The notes under the pieces were generated by a model. That model worked only from the letters and a program-made list of their open reading frames with translations. It had not been told where the DNA came from and did not search any database. Positions 1 through 9,830 of a stretch of 64,000 nucleotides of DNA are shown here, one piece after another; position 1 is the stretch's first letter; each line of letters opens with the position of its first letter. The position numbers were made by a program, and so were the translations under genes. This DNA comes from Nitrospira sp. (lineage in GTDB: Bacteria > Nitrospirota > Nitrospiria > Nitrospirales > Nitrospiraceae), in NCBI GenBank assembly GCA_022842445.1, contig JALHPO010000001.1, forward strand, positions 144,482 through 208,481, given 5' to 3'.

Positions 1-788
1 AACACGCCGATTTCATTTGTCGAACCGAAGCGGTTCTTCACGGCGCGGAGAATGCGATAGCTGTGCCCTTTGTCTCCCTCAAAGTAGAGCACGGTATCGA
101 CGATATGCTCCAGCAATCGCGGCCCGGCGATCGCCCCTTCCTTCGTCACATGGCCGATGATGAAGACCGGCACTCCCGCGCGCTTGGCAAACCACATGAG
201 CTGGCCGGCGACTTCCTGCACCTGGCTGATGCTGCCTGGCGCGGACGTGATCTGCTCCGTGTATACCGTTTGAATGGAATCCACCACCACGGCCGCCGGT
301 TGAATCTCTTGGATGGCTTTCAAAATCTGTTCGAGAGAGGTCTCCGCAAGAATCAGCAGATTGGGATGGTCGATGCCCAACCGTTGCCCCCGCATTTTGA
401 TCTGGCGAGGCGATTCTTCTCCGGACACATAGAGGACAGGTTGCGCGGGTGAAGCCAAACGAGGCAGCGCCTGAAGCAGCAACGTCGTCTTGCCGATTCC
501 GGGATCGCCGCCGATCAAGATCACGGAGCCTGGGATCACACCGCCACCCAGCACCCGGTCGAATTCCCCGATGCGGGTCAGCCGGCGATCCTCACCCACA
601 ACCTCGATCTCGCCGATCGGCGTGGCCGGCGCTGAGGCAGTCTTTATCGCCATGGGACGGCCCTTCCCGGTGGCAGCCTGCCGCTCTTCTTTCATCGTGT
701 TCCAGCCGCCACAGTCAGGACAACGGCCGAGCCATCGTAGCGATTGATGGCCGCAGGATTGGCAAGAGAAACTGGTTTTGGCTTTCAA
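1..788 (-). CDS. radA: DNA repair protein RadA/Sms, N-terminal ~262 aa (3' end runs off the window)
   Basis: Absent from the ORF track (TTG start at 788, no stop in window). My reverse-complement translation reads LKAKTSFSCQSCGHQSLRWLGRCPDCGGWNT (RadA C4 zinc finger), GGGVIPGSVILIGGDPGIGKTTLLLQ (Walker A) and KNRFGSTNEIGV (KNRFG motif). Confidence 0.9.
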   Translation of the reverse strand, partial: MKAKTSFSCQSCGHQSLRWLGRCPDCGGWNTMKEERQAATGKGRPMAIKTASAPATPIGEIEVVGEDRRLTRIGEFDRVLGGGVIPGSVILIGGDPGIGKTTLLLQALPRLASPAQPVLYVSGEESPRQIKMRGQRLGIDHPNLLILAETSLEQILKAIQEIQPAAVVVDSIQTVYTEQITSAPGSISQVQEVAGQLMWFAKRAGVPVFIIGHVTKEGAIAGPRLLEHIVDTVLYFEGDKGHSYRILRAVKNRFGSTNEIGV

Positions 789-1000
789 CGGAAGCCCCTC
801 ATGCGAAGGAATAGAAGGGATCAGACCGGCTTATCTTAATAGATGCGCAGAAGGAATAAAAGAAGGAAGGACTGAGGACCGGGGCGTAGAGCTGATGGCA
901 TATGGCACGTAATCAGATCAGAGCCTGGGTTTGCTTTCGACTCATTCTCGGATTTCATGCCATACGCCATCGACGCTTTCGAGGACATGCGCCTCAGGTC

Positions 1001-1969
1001 CTACCAGGCATAGGCTTCCGGCGCTGTCCCGCCCGGCCCCGGAAAGATCTCGTCTAATCGCTTCAGCTGGTCGGCGCTCAATGTCAGCGCTAAGACCCGC
1101 ATGGCGCCATTCAGCTGATCTACTGTACGCGGTCCAATGATGGGCGACGTCACCGCCGGCTGATGAAGCAGCCATGCGAGCGCCACATCGGCAGGTTGCT
1201 CGCCCATGCTCTGACAGAACGTCTCATACGCTTCGAGCTTTGGGCGATACTTTTCTATTTCCTTCTTCAAATCCTCATCCGCCCGCCGTCCAACCGTCAC
1301 CGGCTTCAGCGCTCCTGCCAGCAACCCGCGCGCCAGCGGACTCCAGGGTATCACGCCGATGCCATACGCGGTGCAGGCCGGAATCACCTCCAGTTCAATC
1401 GTCCGCTCGACCAGATTATAAAGGCTCTGTTCGGAGATCAGCCCCAGAAAATGGCGGTTCCTGGCCAGCTCTTGCGCCTGGGCCAGATGCCATCCCGCGA
1501 AATTACTGCTTCCGACATAGAGAATTTTCCCCTCGCGGACCAGCTGCTCCATCGCCTGCCAGATTTCCTCCCACGGCGACTCCCGGTCAATATGATGCAT
1601 CTGATAGAGATCGATGTAGTCGGTGCCCAACCGCCGCAAACTCTCCTCACAGGCTCGCCTAATGTGCAAAGCCGAGAGCCGCGACTGATTCGGCCAGTTA
1701 CCCATGCGACCGAAGACTTTCGTCGCCAGGACAATTTTCTCACGCCGACCGCCTTGATGGAGCCAACGCCCGACGATTTGTTCCGTCCACCCTTCCCCCA
1801 CCTTCCAGCCATAGACATTTGCCGTGTCGAAAAAGTTGATGCCGAGATCCAGCGCGCGGTCCATGATCGTAAAACTGTCAGCCTCGCTTGTCTCCGGCCC
1901 GAAGTTCATCGTGCCGAGACAGAGCCGGCTGACCTTCACGCCCGAACGGCCGAGATGGATGTACTGCAT
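1001..1969 (-). CDS. aldo/keto reductase family oxidoreductase
   Basis: 322-aa ORF. The N-terminus MQYIHLGRSGVKVSRLCLGTMNFG and internal FFDTANVYG, YIDLYQMH are typical AKR motifs. The long + strand ORF 1163..1981 is its antisense shadow. Confidence 0.85.
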   Translation of the reverse strand: MQYIHLGRSGVKVSRLCLGTMNFGPETSEADSFTIMDRALDLGINFFDTANVYGWKVGEGWTEQIVGRWLHQGGRREKIVLATKVFGRMGNWPNQSRLSALHIRRACEESLRRLGTDYIDLYQMHHIDRESPWEEIWQAMEQLVREGKILYVGSSNFAGWHLAQAQELARNRHFLGLISEQSLYNLVERTIELEVIPACTAYGIGVIPWSPLARGLLAGALKPVTVGRRADEDLKKEIEKYRPKLEAYETFCQSMGEQPADVALAWLLHQPAVTSPIIGPRTVDQLNGAMRVLALTLSADQLKRLDEIFPGPGGTAPEAYAW

Positions 1970-2080
1970 GGTGCCTTATAATGCGCGCACGCTGTGAGAC
2001 AACAGCGTACAATGATGGCGGATACCACGAACCCTACTGAGTTTCAACTTTTGAATCTTCGCATAGAGTTTTCTCGACGC

Positions 2081-2365
2081 TCACGACTCCTCGCGTGATG
2101 CTTCGGCCAAGCTCTTGTGCGCCAGCGCGATCGTCTCCAGCAACGTCTTTCGTTCCTGAGTCGATTGCCTGGCTGGCGGCACCGCCGCCACAAACCGCTC
2201 CGCCGCCGCCGTCAACCTTTGCATCACCTCAGTTACACTCTCCTGCGGAACACCCTGCAGCGTTGCGGCCGCTCTTTTCAGCGCATACCTCCTCCGAGGC
2301 CCCACGTACATCTGCGGAGCGATGGGATTATCCTTTTCCAATTCCGGACGTCGAAATACTGCCAT
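2081..2365 (-). CDS. hypothetical protein
   Basis: ORF 2081..2389. I chose the internal Met (MAVFRRPEL) because GGGAGGG lies just upstream. No recognisable domain. Confidence 0.35.
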   Translation of the reverse strand: MAVFRRPELEKDNPIAPQMYVGPRRRYALKRAAATLQGVPQESVTEVMQRLTAAAERFVAAVPPARQSTQERKTLLETIALAHKSLAEASREES

Positions 2366-2721
2366 GATCCCTCCCACATCATCAGACAACGAAGAATGCG
2401 CTGTTTACTCTACCCGATCTATGGCAGGAATAGCATCTGAAGTTGTGAACAGCGGAACGACCAGCGCCTATGCAGAGGGAACCAGTGCCGGAAGGCAGTG
2501 CGCAGTAATGGAAAGCGTCTCCGGTTCAGAAAAGAAATCACGACTTATCATGGGAAAACTGCTCATACTTGTCTCGACAATACCGCGCATACTCTGAATC
2601 GTCAGTCAAAACAGACGCAGGACGGATGATCAACACTGTGACGGGGCGCTACTGAGTGACTCACGGAGAGGAAGATATTCCAGAGAGGGGTAGTCCTGTT
2701 GTAGAGGCACTGCCGGAATGA

Positions 2722-3141
2722 CTATGCCAGCCGAAATCGAGTCCGTGTATCACTGAGGGAATCACGAGAGATACTCTTCCAAATGAAAGACTGAATCCGC
2801 TTCCGGTGCTCCTGGCTCAGACGCATAAATCGAATGGATGACTGACAGCCGGACACCCAGACAACATGTGCAGAACTCAAAACGAGCGGTGGCAATTCGT
2901 CGGGAAGCGCGACCGTAAGAGTTAACAATGTCCCACGCGTCACGGGACTGTCGCTGATGATTTTGCATCCGGACACGGACAAATTCTTGGTCAGTCCTTC
3001 TCCTTGGTAAGGCTGTGTCGAGATTTCACCGGTATAACGTACTCGACACGTAACAACCACACGTTCAGCGAACCGGTTATCAATGGGTTCGTAAGATTTT
3101 CGACTGTTCATAGTGGGTTTCAGCATAGTGTTCCGCTCCAC
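2722..3141 (-). CDS. PilZ domain protein (putative c-di-GMP receptor)
   Basis: 139-aa ORF with a PilZ-like core: RVVVTCRVRY...GEGLTKNLSVSGCKIISDSPVTRGTLLTLTVALPD...VVWVSG...IRFMRLSQEHRKRIQSFI. Start codon uncertain. Confidence 0.6.
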   Translation of the reverse strand: MERNTMLKPTMNSRKSYEPIDNRFAERVVVTCRVRYTGEISTQPYQGEGLTKNLSVSGCKIISDSPVTRGTLLTLTVALPDELPPLVLSSAHVVWVSGCQSSIRFMRLSQEHRKRIQSFIWKSISRDSLSDTRTRFRLA

Positions 3142-3480
3142 TTTTTTCGAATCAATTCAACATTCTGGTTCGCTCGCAGAAGAGTACAGGAGCAACCCCA
3201 ATCACGACCATACCCCGTGTGAGGGGAACGTCACCCCACAAAGGAATAAGGACGAGATTAGTTGGATACGCCATATTCCACCTCCTGGCATGCCAGTTAC
3301 TCCCGACACTTCAATTGCATTTATAACCTCTCAATAACTCCAGAAAATTCTCAATTTCAACGGTAGCTTCCCCTAATGAGATCTGATGGCTCGCCCAATG
3401 AATGAAGATCGATCGGCTTGCGTTCTATCAGCGGGGAGAGCTACAATCGGCCACCGCTCACCCCTACATGGAGGTACCCC

Positions 3481-3972
3481 ATGCCGGCATTGGCTGTCCG
3501 ACTCATTCAGCTCATCGAGAAACACGCTGAAGACCTTTCCCGCGAGCTTAGCGAGAAAGTATGGAGCGCCCCCCAATGTAGTGATTTGCGCAAGGTCCCT
3601 TCGGACGAACTTGAAGCCCGGACCCGCGAGATCTACCGCAATCTGAGCGACTGGCTGCTGCATAAAACCGAAGACCAGTTGGCCCGGCGTTACACTGAGC
3701 TGGGAGCGACACGTGTCCAACAGGGCGTCGGCTATAGCCACTTCTTCTGGGCTATTACCGCCACCAAGGAACATGTGCGTGCTTTTATCGATCGTGAAGG
3801 TCTTGCCGATAATGCAATGGAATTAAACGGGAAGCTGGAGTTGCTCCAGATGCTCGATCACTTCTTCGATCGTGCGCTATACTACGCCGCCGTCGGCTAC
3901 GACCAAGAGCGCAACCGCGTAGGAAGCCAGAACCGCAGACGCAAGAGCGATCACCAGGCATTACCCAGGTAA
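3481..3972 (+). CDS. hypothetical protein, possibly RsbRD_N-like helical domain
   Basis: ORF 3418..3972 trimmed to MPALAVRLIQLIEKHAEDLSRELSEKVW, which is preceded by GGAGG. The resemblance to RsbRD N-terminal domains is from memory only. Confidence 0.4.
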   Translation: MPALAVRLIQLIEKHAEDLSRELSEKVWSAPQCSDLRKVPSDELEARTREIYRNLSDWLLHKTEDQLARRYTELGATRVQQGVGYSHFFWAITATKEHVRAFIDREGLADNAMELNGKLELLQMLDHFFDRALYYAAVGYDQERNRVGSQNRRRKSDHQALPR

Positions 3973-4172
3973 TGCCTGACGGTCCTCCTGTACATGATCC
4001 CGATTGGACGCCGACTGCAGCGTGTGTGGATCAGTATCGACTCCTGCCTCGGCCATTTCTCTGACTTTTGTCTTTCCCGTTTGATTGCCCATTTCATATT
4101 CACAAACAGTGGAGTACACTCGCGTCCGTTTAGCATCCCCACCCGCGCCTAGCCTATATAAGGAGGATCGAC

Positions 4173-5360
4173 ATGAGGCATGCCGTCTGTGTAAAGGCAC
4201 TCGGTGTGGTCAGTCTGCTGGTTTTATGCTTCAGCAGTTGGGCGAGCGCTTCAGAACCTACAGGCGGCATCAATGAAGCACGCCTGGTCGCACAATATAA
4301 CTACTCGATCCACATCCTGGCCATGCTGGTGGTGGGATTCGGATTTTTGATGGTATTCGTCCGGCGCTATGGCTTCGGCGCAACCACCGGCACATACCTG
4401 GTGGTTGCAACCGGGCTGCCCCTCTATATATTTTTACGCGCCAATGGAATGGTCGGCCATGCGCTGAAACCACATTCGGTGGAAACACTGATGCTGGCTG
4501 AGTTTTCCGTCGCGACGACCTTGATCGCAATGGGCGCGGTGCTTGGGCGGCTGCGGGTCTTTCAGTACGCCCTGCTCACGCTCTTGCTGGTGCCTCTGTA
4601 CGCGCTCAACGAGTGGCTGGTTCTGGACAATGGATCGGGGCTTACCAAAGGCTTCCAGGATTCTGCTGGCTCGATCGTCATTCACGCATTCGGGGCCTAT
4701 TTCGGACTTGCGGCATCCCTCGTCCTGACGACCGCGCAGCAACGCAGCCGGCCGATCGAATCCGATCCGACGTCCGACCGTTTCTCGATGCTCGGCTCGA
4801 TGGTGCTGTGGCTGTTCTGGCCGAGTTTTGCCACAGCGATTGTGCCGTTCGAAGAGATGCCGCAAACCATTGTGAATACCCTCTTGTCATTAAGCGGCGC
4901 CACGCTCGCCACCTATTTCCTGAGCACCTATCTGCATAAAGGGAAAACGTCAATGATGGATATGGCCAATGCCGCTCTGGCAGGCGGAGTCTCCATTGGC
5001 TCGACCTGTAACGTTGTGGGACCGACCGGCGCATTCACGATCGGGGTGCTCGCCGGCATCCTCTCGGTTATCGGATATGTGTTTATTCAGCCCATGCTGG
5101 AATCTAAGATCAAGCTGGTCGACACCTGCGGCGTCCACAATCTCCATGGGATGCCGGGACTATTGGGCGGCCTCAGCGCGATGGTCATTGTTCCCGGCGT
5201 TGCCGGCGCACAAATTGCGGGCATCGGCATCTCTCTGGCCATTGCGATAGTCGGTGGGTTGGTCGTCGGCACAGTGCTCAAAGCCACTGGTACTGTCGAA
5301 CATCCCTATGAAGACGCTCCGGAATTTACCCATGTCGAAGGCCCCGGAGGCGGACATTAG
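4173..5360 (+). CDS. Rh-type (Rh50-like) ammonium transporter
   Basis: 395-aa polytopic membrane ORF with AAGGAGG upstream. Rh-family signatures HAFGAYFGLA and VHNLHGMPGLLGGL are present rather than AmtB-type motifs. Confidence 0.8.
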   Translation: MRHAVCVKALGVVSLLVLCFSSWASASEPTGGINEARLVAQYNYSIHILAMLVVGFGFLMVFVRRYGFGATTGTYLVVATGLPLYIFLRANGMVGHALKPHSVETLMLAEFSVATTLIAMGAVLGRLRVFQYALLTLLLVPLYALNEWLVLDNGSGLTKGFQDSAGSIVIHAFGAYFGLAASLVLTTAQQRSRPIESDPTSDRFSMLGSMVLWLFWPSFATAIVPFEEMPQTIVNTLLSLSGATLATYFLSTYLHKGKTSMMDMANAALAGGVSIGSTCNVVGPTGAFTIGVLAGILSVIGYVFIQPMLESKIKLVDTCGVHNLHGMPGLLGGLSAMVIVPGVAGAQIAGIGISLAIAIVGGLVVGTVLKATGTVEHPYEDAPEFTHVEGPGGGH

Positions 5361-5383
5361 AACCGGGAGGTAACGCACAAAAA

Positions 5384-5423
5384 GACAGGCGACACAGGCA
5401 GTCAGCTGCCTATGTCGCCTGTC
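5384..5423. terminator. hairpin between convergent Rh50-like and CBS genes
   Basis: gacaggcgacacaggcag / tcag / ctgcctatgtcgcctgtc gives an 18-bp stem with one mismatch. It sits 24 nt after the Rh stop. No strong T-tract. Confidence 0.45.
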
Positions 5424-5483
5424 TCGACGCCTCTTCGGATGGGCTTATCCTACCCCCCGCCCAGGATACGACTGAACCAATAG

Positions 5484-6233
5484 CTATTCCGTAAGCGCCC
5501 GAAGCAGGTCCGCCACGGACAGCACGCCGATGATGGTGCCGTCGGCGGTGACAGGGAGATGCCGGATACCCAGTTTCTTCATAAGGGCCATGGCCTCTGA
5601 GACCGGCTCGTCTTCCTCAATCGTCGTCACCGCCTTGCTCATGCACGTCATGACTGTGGTGTTGTTGGGGTCCAGCCCCTTGGCCACAGCTTTCCGGCTG
5701 AGATCGGAATCGGTGACGATCCCGATGTAGCGGGAGCCATCGTCCACCATCAATGAGCCCACCTTGTATTTCAACAGCAGTCGACCGGCCTCCTTAATCG
5801 TCGCAGCCTGGTGAATGCTTCGCACGTCCCGCGACATATAGTGCTCGACCATTGCCTTGAGTCCTTGCTTACCTTCCCGGGACACGTGCACACGTCGGCG
5901 CATCTCCAGATCGGCCAGGCAACTTTCAAGCACCTGCCGGCGCTGGTGAAGGCTTTCGCGCTCGACATTGTGGGTCCCGCTCTCCTGCGCCTCTTCCGGT
6001 AATAGGGCTGACTCGCCGGTCTTCGCATACACGTACGCCTCCGCCTCGTTCGACGCCGCACCGAACACTTGTCCGATCAATTCCTCTGCAGCCTCGTCGA
6101 AGTCCTCCAGCGACACACCGCCGCGTTTGCGAGACAAAAACGGCTGAAACTTCAGCAGCATCTGCTTAAACCGCTCGATGTACCGGTCGAGGATATCGCT
6201 ACGTGTCAGTCCGGTCCGCACTCGTTTCGGCAT
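5484..6233 (-). CDS. CBS domain-containing protein
   Basis: ORF 5484..6305 trimmed to MPKRVRTG (AGGAGGG upstream). The C-terminal tandem CBS pair reads YMSRDVRSIHQAATIKEAGRLLLKYKVGSLMV...IGIVTDSDL and MSKAVTTIEEDEPVSEAMALMKKLGIRHLPV...IGVLSVADLL. Confidence 0.7.
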   Translation of the reverse strand: MPKRVRTGLTRSDILDRYIERFKQMLLKFQPFLSRKRGGVSLEDFDEAAEELIGQVFGAASNEAEAYVYAKTGESALLPEEAQESGTHNVERESLHQRRQVLESCLADLEMRRRVHVSREGKQGLKAMVEHYMSRDVRSIHQAATIKEAGRLLLKYKVGSLMVDDGSRYIGIVTDSDLSRKAVAKGLDPNNTTVMTCMSKAVTTIEEDEPVSEAMALMKKLGIRHLPVTADGTIIGVLSVADLLRALTE

Positions 6234-6371
6234 GAAGTCCCTCCTGGTGATGTCTTGGAGAATAGCCCATGCTATATCCTGTCTCAATAGCCCTGTCCAT
6301 GGCAACTATGGCATCATCAAGAAACTGTCAGAAACGCTATACTCGGAAGGATCACCGGGCTCCATTGCACC

Positions 6372-7097
6372 ATGCGTCTCTCCATCATCATTCCAGCATT
6401 CAATGAAGCACAGCTGATAGAACGCTGTCTTCGATCCGTAACCGACGCACTGGCTGCGCACTCCGCTTCCGGCGTCACAGGGGAACTTATTGTGGCCGAC
6501 AATAATTCCACCGACAGCACCGCCTGCCTGGCCGAACAAGCAGGGGCACAGGTGGTGTTTGAACCGGTCAATCAGATCGGCCGGGCGCGCAATGCCGGAG
6601 CGGCTGTGGCAACCGGTGACTGGCTGCTGTTTCTGGATGCCGATAGTGTGCTCAGTCCTGAATTACTGGGCGACATCCTACATGTCATAAAGTCCAAGAC
6701 CCATGTGGGCTGCGGCAGCACGCTCTCCATGCAAGGATTGCCCTGGTGGGCAGATGGAATCTTGCGATTCTGGACACAAACGTCAATCCTGCTCCACTGG
6801 GCCGCCGGCGCACTGTTTGTCTGCCGCCGGGATGCCTTTGTGGAGGTCGGCGGATTCAACCAAGAACTCTACGCACTGGAAGAAATCGACCTCAGTAAAC
6901 GAATACGACAATGGGGGCGCCAGCGCAATCTGGAATTCACTATTCTAACGACACACCCGCTCGACACCTCGCCACGTAAGACATCCCTCTATTCCGCGCG
7001 TGAAATCGCCGGACAAATTCTGCGGATGTTGCTCAACCGGCGCCGAACCTTGACGGATAAGAAACATCTCTCCGTCTGGTACGATGGCCGGCGTTGA
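6372..7097 (+). CDS. family 2 glycosyltransferase
   Basis: MRLSIIIPAFNEAQLIERCL and the LFLDADS (DxD) motif are typical of GT2. Confidence 0.8.
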   Translation: MRLSIIIPAFNEAQLIERCLRSVTDALAAHSASGVTGELIVADNNSTDSTACLAEQAGAQVVFEPVNQIGRARNAGAAVATGDWLLFLDADSVLSPELLGDILHVIKSKTHVGCGSTLSMQGLPWWADGILRFWTQTSILLHWAAGALFVCRRDAFVEVGGFNQELYALEEIDLSKRIRQWGRQRNLEFTILTTHPLDTSPRKTSLYSAREIAGQILRMLLNRRRTLTDKKHLSVWYDGRR

Positions 7098-7264
7098 GTT
7101 GAAAGATTCCACATCCAACCTGTCTCGAATCTCCAATCAGAACTCTCGTTTCAGTTGACGAGCTTCGGCAAGCTGTCTATTTTAGGTTGCACAGCACAGA
7201 GAACAGGATGTGGACCGGCCTTGCAGTGATATGGGCCAAGATATGTTCAAAGGAGGGCTGAATC

Positions 7265-7450
7265 ATGCGGTTTGTCAAAGTGAAGAACGAAGAACGTCCC
7301 GGTGAAATGGCGATCAACCTCGATCTGGTCCGGGAGGCTCATTTCGGCGCAGGCATGCTCCGGCTCTATTTTGAACGCAGCTCTTCAGCGCAGGACGATG
7401 TCACCTTTACAGGTGAAAACGCACAAAAGATCTGGGCTGCAATGGGATAA
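7265..7450 (+). CDS. small hypothetical protein (61 aa)
   Basis: Strong RBS AAGGAGGG 7 nt upstream of the ATG. No recognisable domain. Confidence 0.45.
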   Translation: MRFVKVKNEERPGEMAINLDLVREAHFGAGMLRLYFERSSSAQDDVTFTGENAQKIWAAMG

Positions 7451-7620
7451 GACGGCCTCCCTGCGCACTGGCACGATGCCATCGGCCTTTCCTGTATGCC
7501 GCATCATGTAACGTGGCGCTGATTCATTCCATCCTCATGGCAGATGCGCCAGCCATCGTATCTGTGTACAATCTTCCCGACACGGCACCTTGCCCGTGCG
7601 ACCTCTGAGGGTGATCCCGC

Positions 7621-8517
7621 ATGCAGAACCAGTTTCGTATCGGATTTATCGGCGTGGGGCGCATGGGTGCCAATATGGCGCGCCGCCTGAGCGAGATGGG
7701 CTTTCAGCTGACGTCGATCTTTGATCGTCATTCCTCGGCAGCCGCGGACCTGGCTGAACAACTCCACATCACACGCGCACACACCCCCGCAGCGGTCGCC
7801 CAAACCTCCTCCGTCATCATTACCGCCGTGTCGGACGATCAGGCCATGCGTGCAATCTTCGCCGAGCAAGACGAAACCTCGCTGCTCACCCATGCGCACG
7901 ACCGCTTATTCATCAATTGCGCAACGCTCTCACCGGACGTTCATTGTGACATCGAACAGCTGGTTACCGTACGCGGCGGAGCCAGCATAGAAGCCTGTAT
8001 GGCCGGCAGCATCACCCAAGCGCGTCAAGGTACGCTCTACCTCATGTGCGGCGGCACACGGAACGCCTTCGACCGGGCCAGGCCGGTCCTCGACGCCATG
8101 GGCACAACCGTCCGCTATATCGGTCCCGCAGGAAAAGCCGCGGCAGTAAAGGCCCTCGTCAACATGGTAATGAACAGCAACACCGCCGCGTTGGCCGAAG
8201 GGTTGGGACTGGGCGAGGCCTTGGAAATCGATCTGACCCTGCTGCGGGAGGTGTTCAGCCAAACAGGTGCTGCGTCCCGGGTACTGGAGACCGACGGAGA
8301 AGACATGCAGCACCGGGCGCACGAGTGTTATTTTTCGGCTGCGCACGCCGCAAAAGACTCCGCGATCGCGCTTGACCTAGCGAAGAAGACCGGACTCTCG
8401 CTCCCGGTCGCTCAAGCCACACTCAGTCAGTATCGACGCCTCATCCAAGCAGGCAAGGGTGAGCTGGATAAGTCGGCAGTGGCGGAACTGACGTTCAAAG
8501 ATCGAATGGGGCGGTAA
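7621..8517 (+). CDS. NAD(P)-dependent oxidoreductase, 3-hydroxyisobutyrate/6-phosphogluconate dehydrogenase family
   Basis: N-terminal Rossmann motif IGFIGVGRMGANMARRL, and a length of 298 aa typical for the family. Confidence 0.8.
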   Translation: MQNQFRIGFIGVGRMGANMARRLSEMGFQLTSIFDRHSSAAADLAEQLHITRAHTPAAVAQTSSVIITAVSDDQAMRAIFAEQDETSLLTHAHDRLFINCATLSPDVHCDIEQLVTVRGGASIEACMAGSITQARQGTLYLMCGGTRNAFDRARPVLDAMGTTVRYIGPAGKAAAVKALVNMVMNSNTAALAEGLGLGEALEIDLTLLREVFSQTGAASRVLETDGEDMQHRAHECYFSAAHAAKDSAIALDLAKKTGLSLPVAQATLSQYRRLIQAGKGELDKSAVAELTFKDRMGR

Positions 8518-8577
8518 TAGGGTTGTCCAATGCAGACACGTGCAGCGCGGCATGGAGCTGCACAATAGGCGAGTCAA

Positions 8578-9141
8578 TCAGGCAAAGAAGCGCCGAACCC
8601 TTTCCAGCGGCACACACCCGACAAGAAGATCGCCCTGCGGCGAGACAATCAACGGAACGCCGGCCTGGCCTGTTCCGTGCCACGCCGCCTCCCACTCTTG
8701 GGAAATCCTATGGCTAGTCTCATCCTGATCGCCGGGAAGCGTGATGCCTGACAGCCGGCCCAAGACCGACGGATCGGAAATATCCTGCCCGTCTCGCCAA
8801 AAGGCGCGATACACTGCGCGAACGAACGCCATTCCTTGCGCATGATCCGTCTGCAGTAGTTTGACAGCCTGCACAATAGCCGGCAACGTATTCGGCTTCC
8901 CGGGCGGCAATGCAATCGGCACTTCCGGCGCCAACCGCTGCACGACTGACACTTCATGCCGGAGTTCCGCGCCCAACGACCCGCTCCAGGGTTTCATGGG
9001 ACGGGGCAAATGCGGGGCATGCTGCACCCCGCGCCATTCGCAACGCTCGATCACATTCAGGTCGTGCAATCGCTCATGCAACGCATAGCAGAAAGGACAG
9101 TTGAAATCGCTGTAGAGTTGATAGCCCAGTCCACGACTCAT
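8578..9141 (-). CDS. DsbA-like thioredoxin-fold protein
   Basis: 187 aa with N-terminal YSDFNCPFCYALHERL (a CxxC redox motif in DsbA/FrnE-like context). Confidence 0.6.
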   Translation of the reverse strand: MSRGLGYQLYSDFNCPFCYALHERLHDLNVIERCEWRGVQHAPHLPRPMKPWSGSLGAELRHEVSVVQRLAPEVPIALPPGKPNTLPAIVQAVKLLQTDHAQGMAFVRAVYRAFWRDGQDISDPSVLGRLSGITLPGDQDETSHRISQEWEAAWHGTGQAGVPLIVSPQGDLLVGCVPLERVRRFFA

Positions 9142-9251
9142 AGGCCGGCACTGTACCGAAATTTTCCGTCAGAAGCCACCAATTTTGGCCAGGCCGGTCT
9201 CCATCCTTGCTCGCTGTTGCCGGTTCCTGCCGATCCTTCCCTGCCAGCGAC

Positions 9252-9266
9252 GGTAAGGCTTTTGCT
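9252..9266 (+). promoter_or_regulatory. possible sigma-54 (-24/-12) promoter upstream of the flgC-like gene
   Basis: cGGTAAGgcttTTGCT has GG and GC with the canonical spacing (GG-N10-GC) and a TTGCT -12 box. It lies about 50 nt upstream of the ATG at 9316. Confidence 0.25.
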
Positions 9267-9315
9267 ACTCTTGAAGTAAGCCTGAGCAGGCAGCCGTCAC
9301 ACATGGAGGTACGAT

Positions 9316-9669
9316 ATGGTCTCTGCAATTCATACCGCCTTATCAGGGCTGACCGCCTACGCAAAACAGATGGAAGTCTCAGCCCATAACGTGGCGAACG
9401 TCAACACAGATGAATTTAAGAAATCCAGAACCGAGTTCGTCGAAGCCGACGCAGGAGGCGTGCTCCCCGTCGTCCAGAAGGATAATTCCGCCGGGCCGGC
9501 CGTGCTGAAAGATACCGCGCAAGGACCTAGACAGGTTGAGCTCTCGAACGTCGATCTGGGAGAGGAAGCTGTGAGCCAGATTATTGCGCAACGGGGTTTT
9601 GAAGCAAACCTGAGAACGCTCAAAACGGCCGACGCCATGTTGGGGGCAATCCTGGATATTAAAAAGTAA
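9316..9669 (+). CDS. short flagellar basal-body rod (FlgB/FlgC-like) protein
   Basis: The N-terminal rod motif ALSGLTAYAKQMEVSAHNVANVNTDEFK and the C-terminal DLGEEAVSQIIAQRGFEANLRTLKTADAMLGAILDI resemble FlgC termini. It is only 117 aa and no other flagellar genes are adjacent. GGAGG RBS. Confidence 0.6.
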   Translation: MVSAIHTALSGLTAYAKQMEVSAHNVANVNTDEFKKSRTEFVEADAGGVLPVVQKDNSAGPAVLKDTAQGPRQVELSNVDLGEEAVSQIIAQRGFEANLRTLKTADAMLGAILDIKK

Positions 9670-9830
9670 CGATCCGTATCCTCTCCTTCGGCAATCCTCG
9701 TTCAAGAACGTGGCATGCCCCCTGGTCACCGCCTCAACTCTTAAGTCCGCGCACCAACATACCGATAGAAGCTCTTGAAGTCTCAACTCCGGTCTTAAAC
9801 CGTGGACCCCTGAAAGACTAGAGGACACTC

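Noticed and set aside
1163-1981. 272-aa + strand ORF (and 1174..1662) overlapping the aldo/keto reductase
   Set aside because: Antisense shadow ORF in GC-rich DNA. The product is Arg/Pro/Leu-rich with no motifs, while the minus-strand AKR has clear family signatures.
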